This document shows positions 42,132-50,734 of a stretch of 64,000 nucleotides of DNA, piece by piece (the stretch's first letter is position 1; each line of letters begins with the position of its first letter). The DNA is from a virus, in IMG/VR virus record IMGVR_UViG_3300027586_000003, positions 32,001 to 96,000 of that record. The stretch is one strand, 5' to 3'. The notes below the pieces were generated by a model. The model was not told the origin of the DNA and did no database searches. It was given only the letters and a program-made list of their open reading frames with translations. Position numbers and translations under genes: made by a program.

Positions 42132-43352
42132 TCACCGTGAAATAGGAGTTAGACCCTTTAGGTTTGGCTCATTAGTCAAAGCTACTGAATCTAGCACCAT
42201 TGGACGCAACTGGCCGTTGTCAAGTGTTTCGCAATTGCGCTTGAGCCATACTGGCGAGACGAGCCTATACCGCCCGCCGTTGACCGCCTTCTCGCCTACG
42301 TCTGTCCATCGCACCTGTCCCCACATACCGTCGTTACGCTTGGCAAGGTTTTCAATCCAGCCGCCCGCCTCCGATGGCTTATCGCCTGACTGAGAGAAGT
42401 GGTCAAAGTCCAGCAATGCTCCGGTGAAGTTTTTGTCGCTGGCCTTGCGGGCGGCAAAGTTCGCCACCATAGCGTCCACCGATTTTGCATCAATCAGTTG
42501 CACCACGCCGGTTGGATGAGGATGGCTGCCGAACGGTGCAAGGTGAATCCAGCCGTCGGATGGAACACTGAATCGGTTGTTCAGCTTGCTCACGGCTTCA
42601 ACGCAGATGCCAAGCCGGACTTCGGATGTGTTTCCGTAAATGGTTTTACTCCGCAGCGGATACATCACCTTCACGCCTGACGAGTCTATCCTTTCCTCGT
42701 TGCTTTGAAGCGCGACTGGGATTCTCGTCCCCTTCGCGTAGGTGTCCACCCGGTATCCCTGCTTGTATTTTTCGCCTTCGTTAATCGTTCGATGCGTCTC
42801 GTCGGTTGTGACAGAGCTTAGAAGCGGGAGTTTCAAAGAGCGGCGGATGAAATCAGGAGTCGGTATCCCGTGGTCGTCTGTCGGAGCACTCACGAACTTG
42901 CCATCACTCATGTATTGCCAAACGGGTTGCTTGGTTTCCGGGTTCCACGTTCTGACGGATAAATTAGCCCGGTCAAAATCGGAAATGTCATGCGAACCTT
43001 CACCGCCGACATGGCATTGATGACCGTCAGGGATGTGCGAGTCGCCGCACGGCTGCCCGTTCGCCAAAGCCTGCTCACCGCTCAGGCTGTGCATCGGAGC
43101 CACCGTGTCGCCCTGTTCCTGTTTCGTAGCGTCTTCCGTAGCAGCGGAATCAATCTCCATCCGGGGAACGGTCTTCTGCCGCTCCCGATACTCACGCTGC
43201 TTCGCTGACGCCGTGATGCGGGCCAAACGGTCAGGGGTCAGGTTGTGCTGCCCAACGGCTACCTTCTTGGCGGTGACGTGCTGAGAGACACGGGCACGCG
43301 ACGGCGCGGCGGTCGTCTTGGTGCTGGCACGGTTGAAGAGTTTGTAGAACAT
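42132..43352 (-). CDS. Mu-like prohead protease (gpI family) with an N-terminal extension carrying a CG tag
   Basis: WIHLAP.G, LDFDH, A.GWI, GQVRWT..G...V....YR.VSPV, SVALTN.PNL motifs. Confidence 0.85.
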   Translation of the reverse strand: MFYKLFNRASTKTTAAPSRARVSQHVTAKKVAVGQHNLTPDRLARITASAKQREYRERQKTVPRMEIDSAATEDATKQEQGDTVAPMHSLSGEQALANGQPCGDSHIPDGHQCHVGGEGSHDISDFDRANLSVRTWNPETKQPVWQYMSDGKFVSAPTDDHGIPTPDFIRRSLKLPLLSSVTTDETHRTINEGEKYKQGYRVDTYAKGTRIPVALQSNEERIDSSGVKVMYPLRSKTIYGNTSEVRLGICVEAVSKLNNRFSVPSDGWIHLAPFGSHPHPTGVVQLIDAKSVDAMVANFAARKASDKNFTGALLDFDHFSQSGDKPSEAGGWIENLAKRNDGMWGQVRWTDVGEKAVNGGRYRLVSPVWLKRNCETLDNGQLRPMVLDSVALTNEPNLKGLTPISR

Positions 43353-43355
43353 GGG

Positions 43356-45641
43356 CTACTCGTGCTTTTTTTGCCACTTCTCGCCAGCAATGCGTCGGCG
43401 TTCAATCATCTTACGAAATTGTGGTGAGCGAACACGGGCGTCCATCGCTGCCCGCTCTTCAGCGGTTCCAACTTGAACTGGCAGATGTTCGACTTTCACC
43501 ACCTTATGCAACTTCTCATTGCTCCGCTCAAACGGCCTGCCGAGATAATGCTTCTCCACATCTTCCTTAGTGCCGTTTATTTCTGTGGCGAAACTGTCGC
43601 CGCTGTCAAAGTGAACCTTCACGGCCCGGCGTTTGAAAACAGCGTCGTCCACGGAGGCTGGCGTTGCGGATTCTCCGACACGGCACGTCAGACCGGCTGC
43701 GATGTGCGAGTCGCCGCAGGGCTGTCCACCGGCACCAGCGTTCACAATCGTTTCGAGCGGTTCTGTGACGGAGCGGTTCTCGTGCTTTTCTTGCCATTTC
43801 TTACCAGCAATGCGTCGGCGTTCAATCATCTTGCGAAATTGTGGCGAGCGAACGCGGGCGTCCATCGCGGCCTGTTCAGCCGCAGTTCCAACTTGAACTG
43901 CCGATGGGCCGGGACTCGCTGTTGGCGGAGCCGCAACGGGCGCAATGTCACGCGCCTTCTTGCCCTGTTCGTAAAACTGCCGCATCCGCCGAAACGCAAT
44001 CTCTGTCATTTTGTCTGATTCAATCTCGCCTCGCTCTGTCGGCTCGCCTGTAACGGCGCGGTCGTAGCGGCGTCTCTCGTCCACCGACAAGAACCGCTTG
44101 AATGATGAGGCGTTGGCGGGAAGCGCAGCCTCAACCGGGTCGGTATCAATGTCATCGCCGCCAAGCGAAAGATGATGAACACCATCGCCATTACGCCGCG
44201 TCTCCCAAGATTTCCTCACACCCTCGCTCGTTCCCGCATTCGCTATCTTTTCCCGGTCTTTGTTCAGCACTTTGAAAACTTCTCCAACCCCTTCGAGGGA
44301 CTCAACGTGCAGGAAAAGTTCCGGCAGCTTTCTAGCCTCATTTGGCTCGGCGCGGCCAGCGGCCAATACGTGTCCAGCCCCATACTTTTTGGCAGTGAAT
44401 GTCTCCCTGCCAGACCGCTCAACCAATGCCTTTTGAGTCTTGCTAAGGCGGCACGTCAGACCGGCTGCGATGTGCGAGTCGCCGCACGGCTGTCCGCCAG
44501 CACCCGCATTCACCATCGCCTCCAGCGCATCATGGTAGCGGTTAGCGTAACCCGGACGGTCACGCTCAACCATGTGGTCAATCGTCTCCATCAGGTTGTC
44601 GGCATACACGTCGTCGCGCTTGCCCTGCGGCTTCCACTGGCCCATCCGCACCTTGCCAGTTTCAACCATATAAGTGTCGTTCGCCATGAGGCGCACCTTC
44701 ACGATGCCGTGACCGAGCTTGCCGCCGTTGACTTTGAACTGAACGCCGCCCCTCTGGTAGCCGCCGTCCGGTGTCGAGCCAGCGGGCATGATGGTAAGAT
44801 TTCTGGTGCCCCACGCCATTATAGCACTGCGGTCGGTGGCTTTGATTTGGTCAATAATCGTGGTGGCTATGTAGCGTTCCTCGTGCTTTTGATCGGTATC
44901 GGAATTAGGGGTTGTCTTCGGCTCGCTCTGATACGTTGGACGGGAACCGTCCCCGACACGGCATTGATGCCCATCGGGAATGTGCGAGTCGCCGCAGGGT
45001 TGAGAATTTGAATAGCGGCGAGGAGGTGGCAAGTCGGCGGATAGGTATTTCCCATATTTAGGGTGAGTTTTCTCCGAAATGATAACAGCACGCTTGTCGC
45101 CGTCACGTAATCGGTCAATACGCGACGATGAAGCATGAATCTCAACAATCTGGCCGTTAAACTTAACGTATTTCGCCCCATCCCCGAGAATTACCGCATC
45201 TATGCGAGCAATCTGTTTTGACGACTCTTGTGGAGCCGCGCCTTGACCGACACGGCATTGATGCCCGTCGGGGATGTGGCTGTCGCCGCAGGGCTGTGAG
45301 TTGAACAGGCTGCCGACGCTGTTGCTAACCGAGTGCGAGTCCTTCCACATCTTCCGCTCCTTGATTTCCTCACCAACCTTGGCGAGTCCTTCAAGCGAGT
45401 TCGGGTCATCCTTCGTGACGAGTGCGCTCTCCGAAAGTGACGCGAGACGCGAGTTTCGCATTGCGCTCATTGCCGCCCGGTAGCCGCCGTTCTCCATCTC
45501 TTCATCGTCGTCACCTTCATAGTCGTTGACGATCTTGGTGTCATAGTCGTTGACAATCTTGGTGTCGGCGGCTTGCTCGTCGTCGGCCTCACACTTGGCG
45601 CAGCCGCACCCGCCGTTAAACAGTTTGTAGAACTGTGTCAT
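43356..45641 (-). CDS. 761-aa CG-tag polyprotein of small uncharacterised modules
   Basis: Four QPCGDSHI-x5-CR tags, one GTSEG..KSWETRR tag, and an internal duplication of about 40 aa. Confidence 0.75.
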   Translation of the reverse strand: MTQFYKLFNGGCGCAKCEADDEQAADTKIVNDYDTKIVNDYEGDDDEEMENGGYRAAMSAMRNSRLASLSESALVTKDDPNSLEGLAKVGEEIKERKMWKDSHSVSNSVGSLFNSQPCGDSHIPDGHQCRVGQGAAPQESSKQIARIDAVILGDGAKYVKFNGQIVEIHASSSRIDRLRDGDKRAVIISEKTHPKYGKYLSADLPPPRRYSNSQPCGDSHIPDGHQCRVGDGSRPTYQSEPKTTPNSDTDQKHEERYIATTIIDQIKATDRSAIMAWGTRNLTIMPAGSTPDGGYQRGGVQFKVNGGKLGHGIVKVRLMANDTYMVETGKVRMGQWKPQGKRDDVYADNLMETIDHMVERDRPGYANRYHDALEAMVNAGAGGQPCGDSHIAAGLTCRLSKTQKALVERSGRETFTAKKYGAGHVLAAGRAEPNEARKLPELFLHVESLEGVGEVFKVLNKDREKIANAGTSEGVRKSWETRRNGDGVHHLSLGGDDIDTDPVEAALPANASSFKRFLSVDERRRYDRAVTGEPTERGEIESDKMTEIAFRRMRQFYEQGKKARDIAPVAAPPTASPGPSAVQVGTAAEQAAMDARVRSPQFRKMIERRRIAGKKWQEKHENRSVTEPLETIVNAGAGGQPCGDSHIAAGLTCRVGESATPASVDDAVFKRRAVKVHFDSGDSFATEINGTKEDVEKHYLGRPFERSNEKLHKVVKVEHLPVQVGTAEERAAMDARVRSPQFRKMIERRRIAGEKWQKKHE

Positions 45642-45644
45642 AGC

Positions 45645-47204
45645 TCAGTTTTGTTCATCCATCCACTCCTCGTATTGCTCACGAAGGTCGTCCGGCAGCG
45701 TTTCCCCGTTGCTGGCATAGTCCGCTACTTCATCCAGCATCTCTTGAACGTCGTGCTGGTAGTTCTTCAGCAGACCGCCACGGAAGCTGTTGAGCAGCGC
45801 ACCGTAGGCACGGTTTCCGAGCGATGATGCGTGCGCGGCCTTGGCCTTCACCAGTGCGGGGTGATACTTGCTGTGAATCTCCTTGAGAATGGATTCAGCC
45901 TTGGCCTTGAGTGCGTTCTGCGCCTCAGTGCCATCGCCGAAGTCACGGGCGCGGGCGTAGTAAGCCTTAGCGCGGGACACGTTCTGACCGATGAGGCCGT
46001 TCGCCTTGTCCGGCTCGCTGCCCTTGCCGTATTTCTCGCGGATGCCGCCGGGCTTCGTCACTGGCTCGTAGCCGTGGATGGTGTGGAAATCTTCGCCACG
46101 GGAATTCTTCTCGAAGTCCGCATTCGGTTTCCAAGAACCCGCTGCAATCGCGGTGTGAACGTCCTTCGGCAAATCCAGTTCGATGTTCTTCTGCCCATCA
46201 AGCTGACCTTGGATTGTCAACTTGACGTGCTTGCCGCTGCCGCTTTCGTGGTCGAACGTGTCGCCAGCACGGACGCCGCCGCGACGGGTCAGCCAACCTT
46301 CGTGTGCGCCTTCGGAGTTGCCTGCGTTCTCCACGCCGTCTTTCTTCCACGGCGGAACCCACGCTTTCTTGCCGTCTTTATCCTCTTCATCGCCGTCATC
46401 GTTCGGGCCTTTGCCGTCTTTGTGTTCCGGCTCTTTCTTGGCGTCGTCTTTTATGTCGCCAAGGGAGTTTTGGCCCTTCTTGAACAGCACGAACTCGCCG
46501 TTTGCCATCTTTTTGTTCGCGCCTTCACCTTCTTTTTCTTCGTCTATTCCGCCATCCTTCGCATCCTCTTCTTTATCTTTGGACTCGTCTGCCGCGATGT
46601 CGCCAAGGGAGTTCTGCCCTTTCTTGAACAGCTTGAACTCGCCGTTCGCCAGCGCGTCGGCGGGCTTCGTGGCGGCGGCGAGCTTGTTGGCGAGGGTGTC
46701 GGCGTCGGGCTGTGCTGAATTTTTATATGCCGGAGTCGCCCCACCTTTCACAAGCCTCGCTTTCAAAGTTGGGTGCATCTTCGTTGCGTCATGCGGGAAA
46801 TCCCAAGTGGACGACCTTGGGTGAACTGGGTTGGAGTAGGTCTCGTTGTCCGCGTGAAGGTATTGAACCCCGTCCTTGTGTTTCTTAATCAAGGGAGGCC
46901 CGTCGCCGTTTGATGCGTCCACAACCCGCTTATTCGCATCCTCGCTTCCTGCCCACTTCACATACTCTTCCAACCGCTTCCTTTGCTCAGGAAATTCTTT
47001 CGGGTCATTGGCTGCGATGCTGGCGCGAACACTGGCAACCGTGTCTTTTGGCTGTAATCCGCCACCTCCCGCCCGCCGCGTCTCCCAGCCTTTCAGCGCA
47101 CCTTCCGACGTGCCGTTCACCAGCGCAAGGTCGGAAGCCCGCTTGGCCGCAAGGCTGTTTCCGTGGTTGCGTCCGTTGCTTACCGAAAAAGGAGTGCGCT
47201 TCAT
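45645..47204 (-). CDS. 519-aa charged head-associated (cargo-like) protein
   Basis: Two G(T/N)SEGA..GW.TRR motifs, duplicated ANGEF.LFKKGQNSLGDI, many hydrophobic-x-N sites. Confidence 0.7.
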   Translation of the reverse strand: MKRTPFSVSNGRNHGNSLAAKRASDLALVNGTSEGALKGWETRRAGGGGLQPKDTVASVRASIAANDPKEFPEQRKRLEEYVKWAGSEDANKRVVDASNGDGPPLIKKHKDGVQYLHADNETYSNPVHPRSSTWDFPHDATKMHPTLKARLVKGGATPAYKNSAQPDADTLANKLAAATKPADALANGEFKLFKKGQNSLGDIAADESKDKEEDAKDGGIDEEKEGEGANKKMANGEFVLFKKGQNSLGDIKDDAKKEPEHKDGKGPNDDGDEEDKDGKKAWVPPWKKDGVENAGNSEGAHEGWLTRRGGVRAGDTFDHESGSGKHVKLTIQGQLDGQKNIELDLPKDVHTAIAAGSWKPNADFEKNSRGEDFHTIHGYEPVTKPGGIREKYGKGSEPDKANGLIGQNVSRAKAYYARARDFGDGTEAQNALKAKAESILKEIHSKYHPALVKAKAAHASSLGNRAYGALLNSFRGGLLKNYQHDVQEMLDEVADYASNGETLPDDLREQYEEWMDEQN

Positions 47205-47216
47205 AGGTAGCGCACA

Positions 47217-47242
47217 CGTAACTTTACCGCCATCGTTTGCAA
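47217..47242 (-). promoter_or_regulatory. Candidate late-type promoter TTGCAA-N14-GTTACG at the start of the head operon
   Basis: Shared motif and spacing. Confidence 0.45.
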
Positions 47243-47272
47243 GCGCAAAACGTCAGGCGACCGTCGGCAGGT

Positions 47273-48247
47273 TCATGCAGCTACCAAAGCCCTCGCCACG
47301 GTCAACGCCCGATACTTCACCTTGGCACCGTTGCCCCACCAGACGTGCTCCAAGCGGCGGCTGGACTTGTCTTCGGCGTAGTAGGGCCGGTAGTCCTCGT
47401 ATTCGGTCACGGCATTGTAAGCCGCCCACAGCGTCCCGCGCACCCCGCGCTCGGCGTTGCCCCGGCCAGTCTCGAAAAGCTGCGTCAGCTTGTCCTCCGC
47501 ACGCCACCCGGTTAAGGCTGGACGCTGATACACCTTACGGAAGTATGCGTTTACCGTTTCTGCATTCAGGTTTACGCCCGCCATGCCGGTGAACAGTTCG
47601 CCCGCTTTCTCGAAAGTGTTGACCGCAGTTTCCATGATGCGTGACGCCGCTGCGACGTTCTCCGCTACGTTCAGCCGGTGACGACTGCCGCCGAACGCTT
47701 CGTAATCGCTGAGTGCCAGCCGCAGCGTATTCTCGCAGCAGACTCGGACGCCCGTGAAGCCGTATAGAACACGGGATTGACCGTCGTGCGAGTTCGACAA
47801 CAGCGCATACTTCCGCACCACGTCGTCTCGCTTCACCCGAATCTCGCCCGCTAGTCGCACCAACGCCCACACGCGCCGACCGCCATGAAGCGAGCCTGCC
47901 GTTTCATAACAGCCGCCATGCTCCCGCAGAATCGGGTCAAAGAAGGCGAAGGCGTCCCGGTTTTGAAAGGACGTATAGTGATTGCCGACCACCCCCACTG
48001 CCCGCTCGGTGTCCATCCGCACGTTGACGAACGCACTTGCGACTGTCTCGTGCCCGCCCGTGCGCTTGAACAGCACGGGACGCTTCTCGACGCTCCAGTT
48101 CAGCCCGGCGGCGTCAATCGCAAGGCTGCTGTCTCGGCAGTTGTCGCCGATGTCCAGCCCTAGCCCGTGCCACGCTGGCTGCGTGTTAAAGGCCATTGTC
48201 TCGACGCCGCCACTGGCGGTCGGTGTTGCTTGTGTTTGTCTTGGCAT
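47273..48247 (-). CDS. DUF932 domain protein (TIGR03299-like)
   Basis: PAWHGLG, AGLNW.V, Y...QN.DAF.FFD, YETAGSL.GG.RVW, NSHDG, RV.C.NTL, GTLW.AYNAVTEY.D. Confidence 0.9.
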   Translation of the reverse strand: MPRQTQATPTASGGVETMAFNTQPAWHGLGLDIGDNCRDSSLAIDAAGLNWSVEKRPVLFKRTGGHETVASAFVNVRMDTERAVGVVGNHYTSFQNRDAFAFFDPILREHGGCYETAGSLHGGRRVWALVRLAGEIRVKRDDVVRKYALLSNSHDGQSRVLYGFTGVRVCCENTLRLALSDYEAFGGSRHRLNVAENVAAASRIMETAVNTFEKAGELFTGMAGVNLNAETVNAYFRKVYQRPALTGWRAEDKLTQLFETGRGNAERGVRGTLWAAYNAVTEYEDYRPYYAEDKSSRRLEHVWWGNGAKVKYRALTVARALVAA

Positions 48248-48252
48248 AATGG

Positions 48253-48621
48253 TTATCGGTCAGCCGCAGTGTCAGCGAAGTGTTCAGTCCGGCACGTATC
48301 ATCTTCCGGCTCACGGTCTGGCGGCTCCGGGCCGTCGTCATCCGCACCCGCCAAGCTCTCACGGGCCGCTTCCTCCAAGGCTTCCTTGCATCGTGCAGGA
48401 ATGAAATCCCATTCAAGCTCTGTGCCGTCATCCTTGCGAGTGACCTTGATGATTTCAACCTCGTCCGGTTCCTCCGGGTGTCCGGGGTCGCCGTTGCGGA
48501 GATACATGACCGCCGCATGGCCGGGCCAATAGTTCGCCTCCACGTTGACCTCGACCTCGACACACTCAGTCTCCGTGTCAACGAGCGTCAGCGTCATTCC
48601 AAATTGCAGTTTGCGTTTCAT
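48253..48621 (-). CDS. Acidic hypothetical protein
   Basis: 122 aa; AC-rich leader. Confidence 0.6.
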   Translation of the reverse strand: MKRKLQFGMTLTLVDTETECVEVEVNVEANYWPGHAAVMYLRNGDPGHPEEPDEVEIIKVTRKDDGTELEWDFIPARCKEALEEAARESLAGADDDGPEPPDREPEDDTCRTEHFADTAADR

Positions 48622-48633
48622 TTCAGTGTTTGG

Positions 48634-49128
48634 TTAAGCCGCCGGGAAGTTTACCACAGGTGCGCCGCCCTCTTTGCGATACGTGACGTTGTAGCCAGCC
48701 ACCTTCAGATGCCCAGCCGTTGCCCGGGCGTGCGCCAATGCCTTTGCCGCCGGAACGTCGGGCCACTGCGCAACCACCAAGGCCGCAATCTCACGGGCCG
48801 TCAGCACGCCGTCAAAGACGTGCTCGGCAATGAAGGCACGCCTGCCACCCCAAGTCAGCACGGGCCGTCCTGCGGGCCTCGCCACGGGCAAGGAAGCCAC
48901 GGGTGCGATGCCAGCCGCAGTTAACACCACGGGAGCCGCCACGGGCGAGGGGGCCGCCTCCTTTGGCACCAGAGCGAACTGGCGGTCTTTCCAAATCCCG
49001 AAGTCGAATGACTTGCCGGGAATCAGGGTGTCGAAGTTGTCACGCCGCACCACAACCGAAACGCCGTCAACTAGCTGGCGTGCGTGGGTTGCTTTGGTCG
49101 GCCAATGGATTTCAGATTTTGCGCTCAT
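48634..49128 (-). CDS. Hypothetical protein
   Basis: 164 aa, downstream of an early-type promoter. Confidence 0.6.
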   Translation of the reverse strand: MSAKSEIHWPTKATHARQLVDGVSVVVRRDNFDTLIPGKSFDFGIWKDRQFALVPKEAAPSPVAAPVVLTAAGIAPVASLPVARPAGRPVLTWGGRRAFIAEHVFDGVLTAREIAALVVAQWPDVPAAKALAHARATAGHLKVAGYNVTYRKEGGAPVVNFPAA

Positions 49129-49163
49129 GTCGTTGTCGTTGTTGTTGTCGTTATCTGCCGTGT

Positions 49164-49192
49164 ATCTTTGCAGCTACATAGTTTGAAGTCAA
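49164..49192 (-). promoter_or_regulatory. Early-type promoter TTGACT-N17-AAAGAT
   Basis: Member of a repeated family with A-rich upstream element. Confidence 0.55.
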
Positions 49193-49200
49193 CTCTTTTC

Positions 49201-49443
49201 TCAACTTTCTTCACGCCCCATGAATGCCCGTGCAATGTCCGCCGGATGCTCCCCCGTCTCTTCCCCCCAAAAGTGGCGAGCCGCAAGCAACTGGCCGGAC
49301 GAGTTGTATTCCCGACCGCACCGGCAGTCCACGTCGCCTCCCGCCCGCCAGCCTTCCAAGGTGCAACCGCAGTCGCAGCGCATTTGCATCGGCTTGATGC
49401 TCCGGTCTTCGTTGCGTTCCCATCGTTGAATCAGTCTGCTCAT
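49201..49443 (-). CDS. Small Cys-rich (Zn-ribbon-like) protein
   Basis: CDCG...CRCGREYNSSGQ.LA pattern. Confidence 0.6.
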   Translation of the reverse strand: MSRLIQRWERNEDRSIKPMQMRCDCGCTLEGWRAGGDVDCRCGREYNSSGQLLAARHFWGEETGEHPADIARAFMGREES

Positions 49444-49580
49444 TCAGTTGCCTTTCCGATTGCCGCTTTCTCGATGCGGCGGGTTGCCCGATTTGCCATT
49501 TGCTTACCTTCACGGCGAAGATGTTTCCACCAGCCGCAAAGCGACCGTGCCTTGGTTGAAGTGGCGTAGGTGATTTTCAT
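49440..49580 (-). CDS. Small basic hypothetical protein (46 aa)
   Basis: MKITYATST...WWKHLRR; fits exactly between neighbours with an ATGA overlap. Confidence 0.5.
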   Translation of the reverse strand: MKITYATSTKARSLCGWWKHLRREGKQMANRATRRIEKAAIGKATE

Positions 49581-49581
49581 T

Positions 49582-49941
49582 TCACGCAGGCCAGACAGCC
49601 GAAAGTTGCAGCCCGAACCGGGCCGGGTTGACCGCCGCACGGAAGGCGTTGGCGAAGGCCGCTTCATCCGCCGCCATCGCAGCCTGCTCCGCAAGCTCCC
49701 GCTCTTGCTGCTCCCGCTCGTTGGCGATGCAGGCGTCCACGCAGTTGAAGTATTCCGCCGCACACTCCTCGACCGATGCGAGGGCCATCCAGCGAGGGCG
49801 GATGCCGTGGGCGTCCTTGTGGGCGTCGCTCACCATGCTGTAGGCGAACTGCTGCGGGCCACTGTAGCCGTGTTCCTCCAGCCATGCGGCGTCGGGAATC
49901 TCTGCGACGAACCGGGCGAGGGATTCAGGTGAGAGTTTCAT
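49582..49941 (-). CDS. Hypothetical phage protein
   Basis: SDAHKDAHGIRPR motif; start set at ATG 49941. Confidence 0.6.
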   Translation of the reverse strand: MKLSPESLARFVAEIPDAAWLEEHGYSGPQQFAYSMVSDAHKDAHGIRPRWMALASVEECAAEYFNCVDACIANEREQQERELAEQAAMAADEAAFANAFRAAVNPARFGLQLSAVWPA

Positions 49942-49943
49942 CA

Positions 49944-49976
49944 GTGTTTGGTGTTTGGTGTTTGGTGTTTGGTGTT
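49944..49976. repeat. 4.7 x heptamer GTGTTTG (CAAACAC on the coding strand) in a 5' leader
   Basis: Read directly from the sequence. Confidence 0.9.
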
Positions 49977-49988
49977 CTAACTGTTGTG

Positions 49989-50017
49989 AGTATGCAGCCA
50001 CAGACTTCTCACGTCAA
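49989..50017 (-). promoter_or_regulatory. Early-type promoter TTGACG-N17-CATACT
   Basis: Member of the repeated family. Confidence 0.6.
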
Positions 50018-50024
50018 GAGTTTT

Positions 50025-50303
50025 TTACCACAATCTTTTCGACATGGAAATTTTACGGGTAGCTTTCGCCAGCGCAATCCTAGCCTCCAGCGACGCTTGC
50101 CTCTGCGCTCGCTCCTTGCACCGGCACGAAGGGCAGAGGAAACGCCCGTCGAAGCTAAGGAATGAAATGCCCATCCATTCGATGCAACCGTTGTCAATTC
50201 CACGGTCGCACTTGTCGCACGTCTCCGTGTAATCGTAGCCGAACAAGCTCCGTAAGCTGGCCTGTGACCGGCTCTTGCCTTTGATGGAAATGCTTGGATA
50301 CAT
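50025..50303 (-). CDS. Small Zn-finger-like protein
   Basis: CDKC...CPSC. Confidence 0.55.
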   Translation of the reverse strand: MYPSISIKGKSRSQASLRSLFGYDYTETCDKCDRGIDNGCIEWMGISFLSFDGRFLCPSCRCKERAQRQASLEARIALAKATRKISMSKRLW

Positions 50304-50318
50304 AGTGGTGTTGGTGTT

Positions 50319-50684
50319 TCAGAATGGAGCCTGCTCGCCGATTTCGGAGTCGAAAACTGGAACCAGCGCAACGACCGGCAGGCGTGGATACACGCACAAG
50401 CCGCCATCGCAGTAGCCCGAAAGTTCATCCGCCTTGGCGTCGGCCTCCGCACGGCTGGCGAAGTCTCCGGCGATGTTTTCCTGCGAAAACAAAACCGCAT
50501 CCGTGTAGCGGCAGTGAACGTAATCGTCCGTGGTGACGACGAACCGGCCAACAGCAACCAAGGCCGCAATGTCGCCGGAAATGTCAACCCGATGCTCGCT
50601 CATGCGAGACACCTCGAAGGCCCGCTGGAACTCGTTGCTGCAACCGTCCCCGAATTCTTCGTCTGCAATCAGTGCGTTATTCAT
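50319..50684 (-). CDS. Hypothetical protein
   Basis: 121 aa; ATG 6 nt after a -10 box. Confidence 0.6.
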   Translation of the reverse strand: MNNALIADEEFGDGCSNEFQRAFEVSRMSEHRVDISGDIAALVAVGRFVVTTDDYVHCRYTDAVLFSQENIAGDFASRAEADAKADELSGYCDGGLCVYPRLPVVALVPVFDSEIGEQAPF

Positions 50685-50690
50685 ACCAGC

Positions 50691-50719
50691 ACTGTCTCAC
50701 GCTACTTGAAATCTGTCAA
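50691..50719 (-). promoter_or_regulatory. Early-type leaderless promoter TTGACA-N17-GACAGT-N6-ATG
   Basis: Member of the repeated family. Confidence 0.6.
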
Positions 50720-50734
50720 GGGTATTTCTTGCAG

